A stretch of 64,000 nucleotides of DNA. Origin: Octopus vulgaris. Taxonomy: Eukaryota. The notes under the pieces are model-generated. The model did no database searches, was not told the DNA's origin, and saw nothing but the letters and a program-made list of their open reading frames with translations. The DNA lies in assembly GCA_951406725.2 (NCBI GenBank), contig OX597819.1, positions 47,864,001 to 47,928,000 of the forward strand. The letters run 5' to 3'. Below are positions 14,021 to 25,479 of this stretch, piece by piece. The stretch's first letter is position 1. Each line of letters begins with the position of its first letter. Position numbers and translations under genes: made by a program.

Positions 14021-16193
14021 GCAATCACCATCTGCATCTTCTGACATTCCAAAACAGATTGGGTTGCAACATTCCCCTAATGCCACACTCACACTACATA
14101 CCTATTTACCAAACATTGTTCACAAACTTATGTATAGATCATTGAAAATAATGTCACTAAAATACTTACCAGACAGGCCAAAGTAGCATCCATGATACCA
14201 ATTAATTTTGGAAACTTGAGATCTTTTATTGACACAATACTAGCCTGAAGAATAATAAGAAAAAAAATGCAATCAGTAGTTATAAATAACTTTTATTTTA
14301 TATGTAATTTTTTATACTGTTATTTCTTAACATTAGTGGTGATATTGTTACATAATACTATTATTCCTAGTACAGGATATTAGTATTAGTGTTGCATGCT
14401 GATCTTTATACTGCCATTTTTACATAGTTTTTTTTTATTAAACTCATAAGAAATATTCTTCATATTTTTATCCATTCATGACCATATATCTAAAAAATAT
14501 TTTGATTAATTTTGAAAATACTCAAGAATTTGGAGGAATTTATTGAAATAATCAACTTCATATTAAATTGATGTTTAGAATATAACTGATAAAAAAAATT
14601 CTCACATAGAATTATAATGCATTATTTGAATTGAAATATGAGCACTTTATAACAGTAAGATTTGTATCATAGAACCAGGAACGATCTCAGGTAAATTGGT
14701 TATCAAATGGATGATAATTATAGTGAATAAATTCCAGATACATCATCATCATCGTTTAACATCCGCTTTCCATGCTAGCATGGGTTGGACGATTTTGACT
14801 GAGGGCTGGCGAGCCAGATGGCTGCACCAGGCTCCAATCTTGATCTGGCAGAGTTTCTACAGCTGGATGCCCTTCCTAATGCCAACCACTCCGAGAGAGT
14901 AGTGGGTGCTTTTTACGTGCCACTGGCACGGGGGCCAGTCAGGCGGTACTGGCAATGACCTCGCTCGAATCTTTTTACACGTGCCAGTGAAGCAACGTTG
15001 GTAACGATCACACTCGAAACATGATTACAATACTAATTCAGAAGTTATCAGTTCAAACTCTGCTTACGGCATTTTGCCGACCTTAAGTTTTTCATTATCT
15101 TTTCTTTTTACTTTTTGGAATGTTCTCATAACTTTGACTATTAACTATTAGCAATATATTCTGAGGCAGAGTAACAGCTGGTTAAGTCACAAGATTGTTG
15201 ATCATTGGCTACAAAGTCAAAGTTTCATATCCCATCACTTCCACTGCACTATGCCTCGGATCAAAGCACTTTAACTCTTTAGCATTCAGATAACACCAGC
15301 AACAAATTAAAAATCAAATGGAAATTGTAGTTAAGATACCCATGCCAGTGGCACACAAAAAAACACCATCCAAACAAGGCTGATGCCAGTGCCACTTGAC
15401 TGGCGTCCATGTCAGTGACACATAAAAAGCACCAACCAATCGTGGCCGTTTGCCAGCCTCCTCTGGCCCCTATGCCGGTGGCACGTAAAAAGCACCCACT
15501 ACACTCACGGAGTGGTTGGCGTTAGGAAGGGCATCCAGTTGTAGAAACACTGCCAAATCAGACTGGAGCCTGGTGCAGCCTCCTGGCTTCCCAGACCCCA
15601 GTTGAACCATCCAACCCATGCCAGCATGGAAAACGGACATTAAACGATGATGATGATGATGATTACTCTATCATTTAAACAGTTTATTTATTACATTGTT
15701 TTGAATTAAACATGCATTGTCTTGTACCTTCAAGATTTCAATGACGTGATTGTATATTTTTAGAATGATATTGTAGCCTTGGTATAAGAGGCAGGATCTG
15801 ATCAGTTTGAAAATAAGTAGAATATTTGGGTAGGAATGACCAGTTTAAATGCTGAAGGGTTGAACTCAGAAATCCAAACACAAATCTTGGTCATTGTGCT
15901 TTATGACCAAGAAACATAACTCTATTTGAATTAACCTGCCTGCTCTTCCTAAGAAGAGAATTCTTTCCAACTCCACAACAAGGAACAATGGGTAGAGCAT
16001 CCATTGCTCTTATCCCCAGGCAATTATTCAACTGAGCAAAATCATTAGTGAATCATTTACCTTTATAGATTGCTCAAAATTTAACACTTTTCTCTTGGTT
16101 TGATTACAAAGCATACCAGCATCCATTTTGGGGTCCATCATTTCAATTGCTGACATTGCTTCAAAGAGGGTAAATCTGTAACAAAGAAAAGCT

Positions 16194-16264
<71 letters not shown>

Positions 16265-19200
16265 TGATGATGATGATGATGATGATGGTTTCAAATTTTG
16301 GCACAAAGCCAGTAATTATGAAGGGGAGTGTAAGCCAATTACATCGATCCCAGAGTTCAACTGGTGTTTATTTTATCGACCCCAAAATTAAAAAGGCCAA
16401 AATCAACCTTGGCAAAATTTGAACTCAAAATGTAAATAGAGACGAAATACTGCTAAGCATTTTGTCTAGTGTGCTGACAAGTCTGCCAACTCAGTACCAT
16501 AATAATATTAATAATAATAATAATAATAATAAAAATCTCAATCCTTTTTAAGATAGGTACAAGGCCTAAAATTTTGTGAGATGCTAAGTCAATTAAATCG
16601 ACCCCCAGTACTTGACTGATACATATTTCACTGACCCTAAAAAGATGAATGGCAAAGTCAACATTGGCAGAATTTGAACTCAGAACACAAAACCAGAAGA
16701 AATATCGCTCAGCATTTCGTCTAGCATGATAATGATTCTGCCAGCTTGCTCTCTTAATATAACAATAATAATGATTCCAAGTTTTTGGCCCTTTCAGGGT
16801 AAGTCAATTACATCAACCCCAATGCTCAACGAGTACTCATTTTATTGACCTCTAAAAGGATGAGAGGCAAAGTTGTCCATGGCAGAATTTGAACTCAGAA
16901 TGTGAAGACAAACAAAATTCCACTAAGCATTTTACCTGATGTGCTTACGATTTTGTCACCTTGCTGTCTTGACGACGACAAAAAGAAAACAAGAGTACTC
17001 AGGGAGCGCAAACCTCTGCCAAGGCAACACCAACGTCCTCTCAACGATTAGCCAGAGATGATTATTAAAATGAGAATATCTTAAATAAATTCAACTGCTC
17101 TCACAAATGAGAATACTAAAAATGAACCCAACTGCTCTCCAAAATTAAGTAAAAAAAACAGAAAAATAATCCAGAATCCTTGTCCAGTACCAGATCAATC
17201 CCAAAATCTAATCAGTTTGAGGCCAAACATCCCTGAAAATTTCATCCAAATCCATCCAGAGGTTCTTGAGATATCTTGTCCATGGACAAACAAACACGAC
17301 TGAAAACAATACCTTTGCCTTCGCTAAGGTGGGGGTGATAATAATAATAATGAATCTAGAGATTTGCTGTATCCATCAGCAAGGTACTTTCTTTTACATT
17401 GCATCAGTTTACTCAGCTGAAAATCAAGTTCCAGCCAAGTACTGGCACTGCCCTCTCTCTTCTTCCACATGTCACATCTTTGATGTTCCAATGAATCAAG
17501 GGTGCAAGAGCTGAGAGGACGTCTATGTCTACTCACAAGTACACAGATACTTTTTAAACAATTAGCAAAAGCATGATACATGCTACCAAGTCATACTTGC
17601 TTGTGAGTGATAGGTAAGTTTTTATAGATGCACACACACACATACATATATATATATATACTCTTTTACTTGTTTCAGTCATTTGACTGCGGCCATGCTG
17701 GAGCACCGCCTTTAGTCAAGCAAATCAACCCCAGGACTTATTCTTTGCAAGCCTAGTACTTATTCCATTGGTCTCGTTTGCCAAACCGCTAAGTTACGGG
17801 GACACCAGCATTGGTTGTCAAGCGATGCTGGGGAGAACAGACACAGACACACATATAAATACATATATACGACGGGCTTCTTTCAATTTCCGTCTACCAA
17901 ATCCACTCACGAGGCTTTGGTCAGCCCGAGGCTCTAGTAGAAGACACTTGCCCAAGGTGCTGTGTAGTGAGACTGAACCCGGAACCATGTGGTTAGTAAG
18001 CAAGCTACTTACCACACAGCCAATCCAGTACTGAAAGAAGTATGTTTTATATGATAAGTATGATATATATATCATCATCCTGATAATGTCTATCTTCCAT
18101 ACTAGCATGTGTTGGACAGTTTGGCAGGATCTAGAAAGCAAGTGGACTGCACCAAGCTCTAATGATTGCTTTAGCACACGGTTTGTATGGCTGGATGCCC
18201 TTCCTAATGCCAACCACTTTACAGAATGTACTAGGTGCTTTATATATATATATATAAAATTGATGTGAGCAACTGGGCACAATATAAATCGTATATGCAT
18301 AATTTAGTCACCACTAATTATGACTGTATGTACTATAAGTACATATATTGCTAGAATAAGAGTCAAACCACTACGTGTGTGTGTGTGCATTTGTTTTTAT
18401 GTCAGTTTTTCCATGCTAGCATGGGTTAGAGAAATATATTATTGAGATACTGTCTTACAGTTGGATGCCCTGCCTAAGTAAAGGATGTTTTATTTTGAAG
18501 GGCACAATACCAGCAGATGAAATGTTGACAAAGGGAATGACAACATTGCCACTTGTATCTCAGAGATTTACAGAAGCACAAATGTAAACAAACACACATG
18601 CACACACACGTACATATATTTATGACAGGCTTCTTTCAGTTTCCATCAACCATGTCCACTCCCAAGGTTTAGGTCTGCTCAGAGCTAAAGTAAAAAGCAT
18701 TTTCCCAAAGTGCTGCACAGTAGGACTAAACCTGAAATCACATATTTGGGAAGTAAAGTTTTCAACTGCATAACCATCTCACACGATCACAAACACACAT
18801 GCTTACAAATATATATATATATATATATAAATATACTCACGAAGAATCTCTAAGTAATTCGCCAAGGTGTAGCTCAGAACATGCTTGGGAAAATTCATCT
18901 GTAATATCAACCCACTGGTAGACAAGTCTTGTAGGTTGTTGGATTTGTTCAGTAACCTCTGGTACCATCTCATTTTCACTGAAAATATTTATTTTAAATT
19001 ATATATAAAAAATTTTAGTAATTTTTTTTTTATCAAATTATAGCTAATTCATTAGTATAAGGCTGTTAATTTCCTCAAAAAATGCATTCTATTTTATTCT
19101 ATAAACTTTTCTCAGGTGAAAATTTTCAATTGATCAATTCACAACTGAATCTAAATCTTTTAAAATGTAAAAATTGTTTATCAATTTATATGTCCAATTT

Positions 19201-22200
19201 CATGGGGGGATGGAGTAGCTAAGTTCCAATTTAGGTTCAAAATTTGATTCTCATTTAAAAACATACTTCTTTCAGTCAAGCTTTCCCCCCATTGATCCTG
19301 GCTTTAGAAAATATTTGTTTTATCAATTTACAACTTCAAAATAAAATAACTAAAAACAAAAACAAAAAAATAGCAAATCAAAATTTACATAGGTTGTTTG
19401 TTGATAGTTTAATTTCTATAAAAGACAATGCATCATAATCATCCTTTTAACATCCACTTTTCCATGCTGGCATCATGGGTCAGACAGAATTTGTTGAAGT
19501 GGATTTTCTACAGCCGGATGCCCTTCCTGTCACCAACCTTTACCTGTTTTCAAGTAAGGTAATATTTCTCCATGACCAGATATGTTTTCACAGAAGATTG
19601 GAAATGAAGGACACCACTTGCATGATGGTGATACTCATTTACAACTATCAGGGCAAGGAGATAACAGCACACATACATTCATACATATATACACGATGGA
19701 CTTCTTTCAGCCACTGCCCACCAAATCCATTCACATGGCCATAGTTGGCCAGAAGCTATTGTAGAAGACACTTGCCCAAGGTACCACAAGTGGAACTGCA
19801 CCTGGAACCATGTGGTTGGGGAATAAACCATCCAACATACAGTCACTTCTGCATATCAGTATGTTGAAAATGTAATTTTAATTTAATTATTAATAAAGTG
19901 TTCAATGTGTCATTCAACAGCAGTTCATTTTTATACAGATTCAGAAAAGTTAGAACTCTTTTGAAGAAGTGTCTTTATATAATCCTCATCATTTAACATC
20001 CTACCTATGGTTTCTATGGCTAGATACCCTTCCTAATGCCAAACATTTTACAGATACACAGGATGTATTTTTCATGCCACAAGCATGTGTGTGCGTGAGT
20101 GTGTATATATATATATGTGGGTGTGTGTGTTTGTATATATATATATATATATATATATAGCCTTGCTATTTGAGGCAGTTATAGTTCTTAATCTTTATTA
20201 GAAATTTAAATATATAGAGATTAAGCATAAGATAGAATACATTGCATCATTTTATTTAGAATATATGTATTGTCTAAGTTATCATATGTACATATACAGT
20301 ATAGCTCATATGTGTGAAACGAACTATATTTATATGTATATATAGATATATATCATATTTAACATCTGTTTTTTCATGCTGACAAGAGCAGGCAATGTTC
20401 ATATGTATTTTTATAACATAACTCCTTCTTTCAATATTCTCCAAATTAGAGTTAATTTACTAAAACGGTAATTGTAATTTATTTTCAGACTGCTGATATG
20501 TTTATTATAGATCTTCTGTAACTGCAATCTAAATCTCTATTATTTTATACAGATATATTGGCTAGCTTCACCATATAATGTTAGTTCATTCAGGATAACA
20601 TCTATGCCATAAGATATTTATACAAATCCTACAGTTCTCTAAACCCCAAATGTTTTATCAATTTGGCTGTATCCAGTTTGTCTTTGATACACTGCAGAGG
20701 TAATGCTAGTGCCACAATCATTTAGCATCATAGAAATTTTATACAGAATGTTAAACCATTTCTCTTTGAGAAAGACTAGCTGATGCTGGGAGTGAAAACA
20801 ACAGAGCAAACTGTCAAAAAGGCAGAACCAACAGCACCATATTCAGGGCTTCTTCGAAACTATTTCAGAAAGACATCAAATCAAAGTTAGACTCCAATGT
20901 CTCTTTTAAAAAGGAACTCAAAGTTCCAGTCAAAATAAAATTACACTCTTATCTTATCGTTTGATTTCGACACATGGAATGACTAAGGATATAAACTAGA
21001 GTTTGATGGGTAATAAAAATCATATATGGAATAGAAACGGTAGTAGCCAAAATATACTAAAATGGGACTGTAGACTTAATTCAGATGCTAAATAAACCCA
21101 ACAAAAACCATTCAAAAATTCTATTGCAAACAAAAACTTTTGTATTATTCTATTCATTTGAGTTTTATCCTTCAAATATTTTGTTGAATCAGGAAACTAA
21201 GCTTTTAACTAATTAACTGTTTATAGCGTAGACATAAAACTAGACACATAGGTAAGAGAACAGTCGATTATATCGTCTCCAGTACATGGCTAGTATTTTA
21301 TTTATCAAGCCCAGAAGGATGAAAGGCAAAGTTGATTTTGGCAGAAGTTGAACTCAGAACATAAAAAGCCAGAACAAATGCTACAAAGCATTTTAATCAA
21401 CGCCGATTTTGCAAATACATTACCCTGAACACACATGCACCTTCATCCGTAAGTTGAAGTCTGTACAAAAGAAATCCTATATGATTTACTCTCTACCCTT
21501 GTAATCAAGGATCATACGGAAAGAAGACTGCCACATTCATATGTAGATATATTGAACAAACAATCGTCCAAAGAGACTAAGAACCAAGATCCATATTTAT
21601 TTTTTATGTTAAGTAAAATTATAAATGCATAATTTGTAAACAAACTATGAAATAATTCCAACAGAATGTTACTAAAGGCCGCTTCAAATCTTCATATATA
21701 AATGATATTAAAGGTTGCTTTAATTATAAATTTAAAATAATTATGTATGTGTATATATATATATATATCATAGTATTAAAACAGAAAGGAAGATAGTCTT
21801 GCCGCAATATTCAGACAGAACGAAAGTATTTTCAATGAGTGGTGAAGCAATTTCGAATACCTACGATTATAAGAGATTAGAACTTGTTTGATTTTTAGAC
21901 GTTATTTATTCTCACACGTATTTAGTCTCTACATCTGAATATTTCGTTTTGCTTAAACTATAAACGTTTATATTATATGGCTAGCGCAGAAATCTAAACA
22001 AAATATATTTTGAACTAAAATTCACCGTTTCTTCCTTAAAACGGTTAAATTATAACGGACCTTGATCTGCAAGTATATGATTTTCAAATTTTTCAATATG
22101 AAATACCATTGTTGAATATTGACTCGTAAGGTTAAAAATAAACTATAAGCAGAACAAAACACAAGGAAAATAAAATTACAACTGTTTGAACATAGGATAC

Positions 22201-22408
22201 GCATGTTCGCTTTTGAAACTAAACATTCTGAACAGGACTCGAATCACACCAGCTATAGAAGATACAGTTTGGGTTTCCAGATAATAATTCAAACGCGAAA
22301 AAGATCTACTTGTATAGAGAAAAATGTATTTCATTGCTCCTGGTCAAGACAGAATAGGAAGCAACTAAGATACACTTACACGATGCCATCTTCTGCTTGG
22401 ACTGCCAT
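320..22408 (-). CDS. NAA35: N-alpha-acetyltransferase 35 (NatC auxiliary subunit, Mak10), exons 1-12; 3' part lies outside the window
   Basis: Twelve GT-AG exons with consistent phases: 22408-22380, 18978-18841, 16175-16061, 14244-14170, 12740-12573, 10513-10403, 7415-7365, 6392-6309, 5397-5280, 4830-4649, 3123-3064, 426-320. Joined protein contains [76 protein letters not shown] and CVLSRSLLQ, all characteristic of NAA35. Confidence 0.97.
480..1095 (+). mobile_element. RTE LINE 3' remnant joined to a (GAT)n-tailed repeat 3' end
   Basis: [27 protein letters not shown] pattern, followed by the GAAGAGCATCCAACTGTAGAAAC..CATGGAAAAC..GATGAT tail shared with many local repeats. Confidence 0.7.
3064..3123 (-). 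CDS. NAA35: NAA35 exon 11
   Basis: [20 protein letters not shown]. Confidence 0.94.
3303..3460. mobile_element. hAT-like MITE
   Basis: Imperfect TIRs CAGGAGCGGAC...GTCCACCCCTG. Confidence 0.55.
3527..3925. mobile_element. MITE with 28-bp TIRs and 6-bp TSD
   Basis: GGGATCTTTTCGGTTTGAACGGCAGTTT...AAACTGCCGTTCAAACTGAAAAGATCCC flanked by AACACA on both sides; interrupts a SINE. Confidence 0.9.
4649..4830 (-). CDS. NAA35: NAA35 exon 10
   Basis: [36 protein letters not shown]...SLHNML. Confidence 0.97.
5280..5397 (-). CDS. NAA35: NAA35 exon 9
   Basis: [39 protein letters not shown]; aag acceptor, gtatgt donor, phase 1. Confidence 0.88.
5941..6127. repeat. Long near-perfect inverted repeat (about 87-bp arms)
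   Basis: TATAATCAAAATAAGCAACAAGAATAACTCC.. versus ..GGAGTTATTCTTGTTGCTTATTTTGATTATA, about 4 mismatches. Confidence 0.92.
6222..6283. repeat. (TA)n(GA)n compound microsatellite
   Basis: Read directly from the sequence. Confidence 0.95.
6309..6392 (-). CDS. NAA35: NAA35 exon 8
   Basis: [28 protein letters not shown]. Confidence 0.92.
6650..6950 (-). mobile_element. RTE-like LINE remnant
   Basis: Minus strand reads like the RT C-terminal W.G..LR......W.P..KR..G.P..TW. Confidence 0.55.
7365..7415 (-). CDS. NAA35: NAA35 exon 7
   Basis: [17 protein letters not shown] (compare human STRSRQGEERDPEVELE, from memory); ttttacag / gttagt. Confidence 0.88.
7620..8400 (+). mobile_element. RTE-clade LINE 3' fragment (decayed RT C-terminus)
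   Basis: [59 protein letters not shown]. Confidence 0.9.
10403..10513 (-). CDS. NAA35: NAA35 exon 6
   Basis: [37 protein letters not shown]. Confidence 0.96.
12573..12740 (-). CDS. NAA35: NAA35 exon 5
   Basis: [22 protein letters not shown]...[10 protein letters not shown]. Confidence 0.96.
14170..14244 (-). CDS. NAA35: NAA35 exon 4
   Basis: [25 protein letters not shown]. Confidence 0.93.
15320..15663 (+). mobile_element. (GAT)n-tailed SINE / RTE-3'-derived repeat
   Basis: GTGGTTGGCGTTAGGAAGGGCATCCAG..CCAACCCATGCCAGCATGGAAAACGGACATTAAACGATGATGAT; copies at about 2395-2735 (-), 9680-9930 (-), 14741-15015 (-), 28310-28685 (+) and 49040-49228 (+). Confidence 0.85.
16061..16175 (-). CDS. NAA35: NAA35 exon 3
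   Basis: [38 protein letters not shown]. Confidence 0.96.
16195..16286. repeat. (AAT)n(GAT)n compound microsatellite
   Basis: Read directly from the sequence. Confidence 0.95.
16988..17340 (+). mobile_element. Helentron/DINE-like non-autonomous element
   Basis: AACAAGAG start, subterminal ACCTCTGCCAAGG / CCTTCGCTAAGGT inverted motifs, GACAAACAAACACG..AAAACAATACC near the end. Confidence 0.45.
17660..18022 (-). mobile_element. tRNA-derived SINE, second family
   Basis: Minus strand GGCTGTGTGGTAAGTAGCTTGC..GGTTCAGTC..CACCTTGGGCAAGTGTCTTC..GGCCGCAGTCAAATGACTGAAACAAGTAAAAG; many partial copies (1720-2090, 41430-41785, 56787-57135, others). Confidence 0.8.
18841..18978 (-). CDS. NAA35: NAA35 exon 2
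   Basis: ENEMVPEV...[26 protein letters not shown]; ttttcag acceptor, gtgagt donor. Confidence 0.93.
22380..22408 (-). CDS. NAA35: NAA35 exon 1 (start codon)
   Basis: ATG GCA GTC CAA GCA GAA GAT GGC ATC GT|gtaagt; phase 2 fits exon 2; CpG-richer surroundings. Confidence 0.8.
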
Positions 22409-22883
22409 TTTATCAACAGCGTAGTCTGCGTAATACAATTTTTCCATTGGACAAAATAGTTTCTATTTTTCACGCTTAAATTTTCTAGATAAAGATAGAA
22501 AATATCGTTTCTCAATAAAATTATATTTAAAAATGTTAAATTTCAGTCATTTTCAAAATTTCTGACTTATAAAAACCAGCGTTGAACCGAGAACTTCTAA
22601 CCGGTGATTGCTAAACAAATGTTCCAAATAACAAGGATGAGCAGGATAAATTACGCTAGAAAAGAAACTTTAACAATGATAAAAGTTTATTTATTTGAAT
22701 TGTATGTTATTGGATGAATGTTTAATTTGAAGCGAGGAGCTTGTTTTATTTATGTATGAGTGGGTCTTTTGGCTGTTTTTATAAAATTACTTACATTCAA
22801 AACTATTACGCGTTACACAAAAGCATAAAATATCCTAAACAATGTAAAATAAACGGTCAAAAATAAACGAGCAAAAAAAAGAA

Positions 22884-23395
22884 AAATAGTGTAATAGGTG
22901 GTGTATAACATGTAAACGAATATTAAAAAAATGTGCGCTCGCGAACGGGGGAGTGAGGGAGAGGACTCGGAAAATTCACATCGTCAGACCATGACCTTTA
23001 AACTCTAGTGTTTACCCGAGCGAAAAAAATTTTTTTAATAGTGTAATAGGTGTAAAACAACTTGCTGTAAACGAATGGGAAAAAAGAGAATGCGCGCCCA
23101 CGAAAGGGGGTGAGAGAGGACTCGGAAAGTTTACATCTTGAATGTTCCGAGTTGTCTCACCACAGCCAAAAATAAAAAAAAAAGGAAAAATAGTGCTATA
23201 GATGTAAAACAACTTGCTGTAAACGAATATGAAAAAAAATGCGCACTCGCGAACGGAGGTGGAGGAGAGGACTCGGAAAATTCACATCGTCAGACCATGC
23301 CCCTTAAACTCTAATGTTTGACCCGCCCAAAAACAAAAAATTTTAATAGTGTAAAAGCTGTACAACAATATGTAGTAAACGAATAAAAAAAATGT
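22884..23395. repeat. About 150-bp tandem repeat (about 3.4 units) upstream of NAA35
   Basis: Units start AATAGTG at about 22885, 23037, 23189 and 23345 and share GTAAACGAAT; the three full units share GAGAGGACTCGGAAA. Confidence 0.85.
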
Positions 23396-23696
23396 AGCTA
23401 GACCTTTTAGAAAAAGCAGCCAAATCTCCCTCAAAACACCATACTGTCTTAATCCAACAATTCTGCCTATTATGTAGTTTGAATGATAAACTGTAACTAA
23501 AGATAAAGATTATTAACCCCCAAATTTTAGACATTTTAATAGCAATAATTTTTTTTTTTTTGCTTAATTAAAATGGGGGCCTTTTCCTTGTAGTTTTCCA
23601 TGTCAGCTGTAAAGGTGAAGATGGTTAACTTGGACAGTGTTAAGTAGTGGAGATGTTTAGTGATTGTATGTGGTTGTTACTTTTCACCAACATCAG

Positions 23697-24525
23697 TCGC
23701 TCGCTCCAGCGCCATCCATTTTCGAGGCCGGCCAATTCAGCAGGTAAGTTGTTACACACTCCTGACTGGATTCCAACTTCTGTGGCCACCGCCCTGCTGT
23801 CTATATCAACCGACACCCTTTTCAGGGATCTAATGGCAAAGAGTAGGGCACATTAGCCAGATGTTCAGTTCAACCCACATCAGTTCTATTTACCAAAAGT
23901 GGCCCACTTGGCACCATGCATCCGTCGCATCACAATCATTGCAATATACGGCCGCCTCTGATTGGGAGAGGAGCAGCCCATTTTGCCCATTCCAAGCTCA
24001 AGAGTAGATCGAGGCCGTCAACATCCCTGGGGCCTCCAGTCATTCGCTTTACCGGACGGAATTGCATGTCGTTCTCCTACTGGTACCAGCTATTCAGAGG
24101 GAAACTTTGGAGGGAACCTAGATGGCTTGATTGGTCTTTCGCCCCTACACCTGGTTCCGGTGATCGATTTGCACATCAGAGGCGCTTTGGACTTCCACCA
24201 GAGCTTCCTCTGGCTTCGTACCAACCGGGCATGGATCGCCATCTTTCGGGTCCCTGACCGTGTGTTACACCTAAGTCAGAGCGGTAACGTGACGACGCAG
24301 TGAAACAGGGGTGCAAACACGCAGACTGGACCCAGGAACGATACTTCGAGGTGCTGCACGCACCTCAACAACAGCTCCTGGAGGCACAGGCGCTGGCAAC
24401 TCAAGCGATGACGTATCACATTCTCGCTTTCACTGTGCCATTAGAGTTTGCGAAGTGAAAGGCTCCAACGACTCGCAGTTGACTGGAACTCCTCAGTTCA
24501 AGTTTCAAGAAGGGTTGGGTAGGTT
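23697..24525 (-). pseudogene. Decayed 28S (LSU) rRNA fragment, about 830 bp
   Basis: Plus strand reads as the reverse complement of conserved LSU cores (CGCTCCAGCGCCATCCATTTTC, GTTGTTACACACTCC, TTACCAAAAGTGGCCCACT, GAGGGAAACTTTGGAGGGAACC, GTCTTTCGCCCCTA, CATCTTTCGGGTCCC) with many substitutions and small deletions; no ITS, 5.8S or 18S nearby. Confidence 0.93.
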
Positions 24526-25479
24526 GCCAATGCTCATCGCTCACTAGTGGCGTTTATTTATGCCAGTAGCATTCTGGTGGTGATGAAGTCGTTGAAGGCA
24601 TGTTTTGGCATCATCTTGATATCTTTCTTTATCCTTCTAGCTGTCTGCTTTCTTATAAATACAACAAAATTCATGTCTTGGCAAACAACATTAGGAATGC
24701 AATTCATAATCACTGTCTCCTTTCCTCTTACCATTTCTCTCATCTTCTATTTCACAATGTTGCTCTATCAAAGCAATAATGATCAGCTAAAGCACATTCA
24801 TTCATTTTGTTGAATTTGGTACATAACCTTTTTCATTTGTAAATTGCATCAATTTCCATAAATGCAACAGCATGCATTTCACTAAGCAAATATGAAACAC
24901 TTCATTGCTACCATGCATTAAAATTTACCAATGTTTTTTGCTTCTTTCTTAATGCGGGCCTGCAGACCTACCAATTACCTATAACCATTCCTACTCTCAC
25001 ATGCAGCATCACCGGCAGCTTCTGCACCACTAAACAAAGCTAAGCAATTCATTCAATTGCTCTTTCATTAACCCTTTCCCTATCCAATCTATACAACAGA
25101 GCAGCCATGCATTGACAAACAATGCCCAGAATTCATGTCCACACAAACGACAACATTCCCAATGCAATTCACAACCACTTTTTCTGTTGCTCTTACCATT
25201 TCTCTCACCTTACCTTTCACAACTTTCCATTTTCATTTTAATGTCATAACACTAACATCATCTTATTTTACACATTTACCTTTCTACTACTAGTTCATTA
25301 TTACTGCAGCAGCTGCAAGTTTGCAACTTATCTACACTTACATACTAACCCTTCAATTAATATTTAATACTTAACAGTGTATCTCACTGCATTTCATCAT
25401 GCTTATTTTAGATCATTCCCCGAAAAACCGTGAAAAACTGGACCAAAAACAGCGAAAGCTGCAAGATCATCAGCATGAA

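Noticed and set aside
17768-18300. 160-aa and similar ORFs (also 2405-2738, 9687-10047, 58339-58635, 63072-63350)
   Set aside because: They lie within SINEs and microsatellites, and the same pseudo-peptides recur wherever the repeats occur
22884-23395. CRISPR-like repeat array
   Set aside because: Eukaryotic context, whole units are homologous with no unique spacers, and there are no cas genes
23916-24547. ORFs of 113, 113 and 78 aa
   Set aside because: They are antisense readings of the GC-rich 28S rRNA fragment
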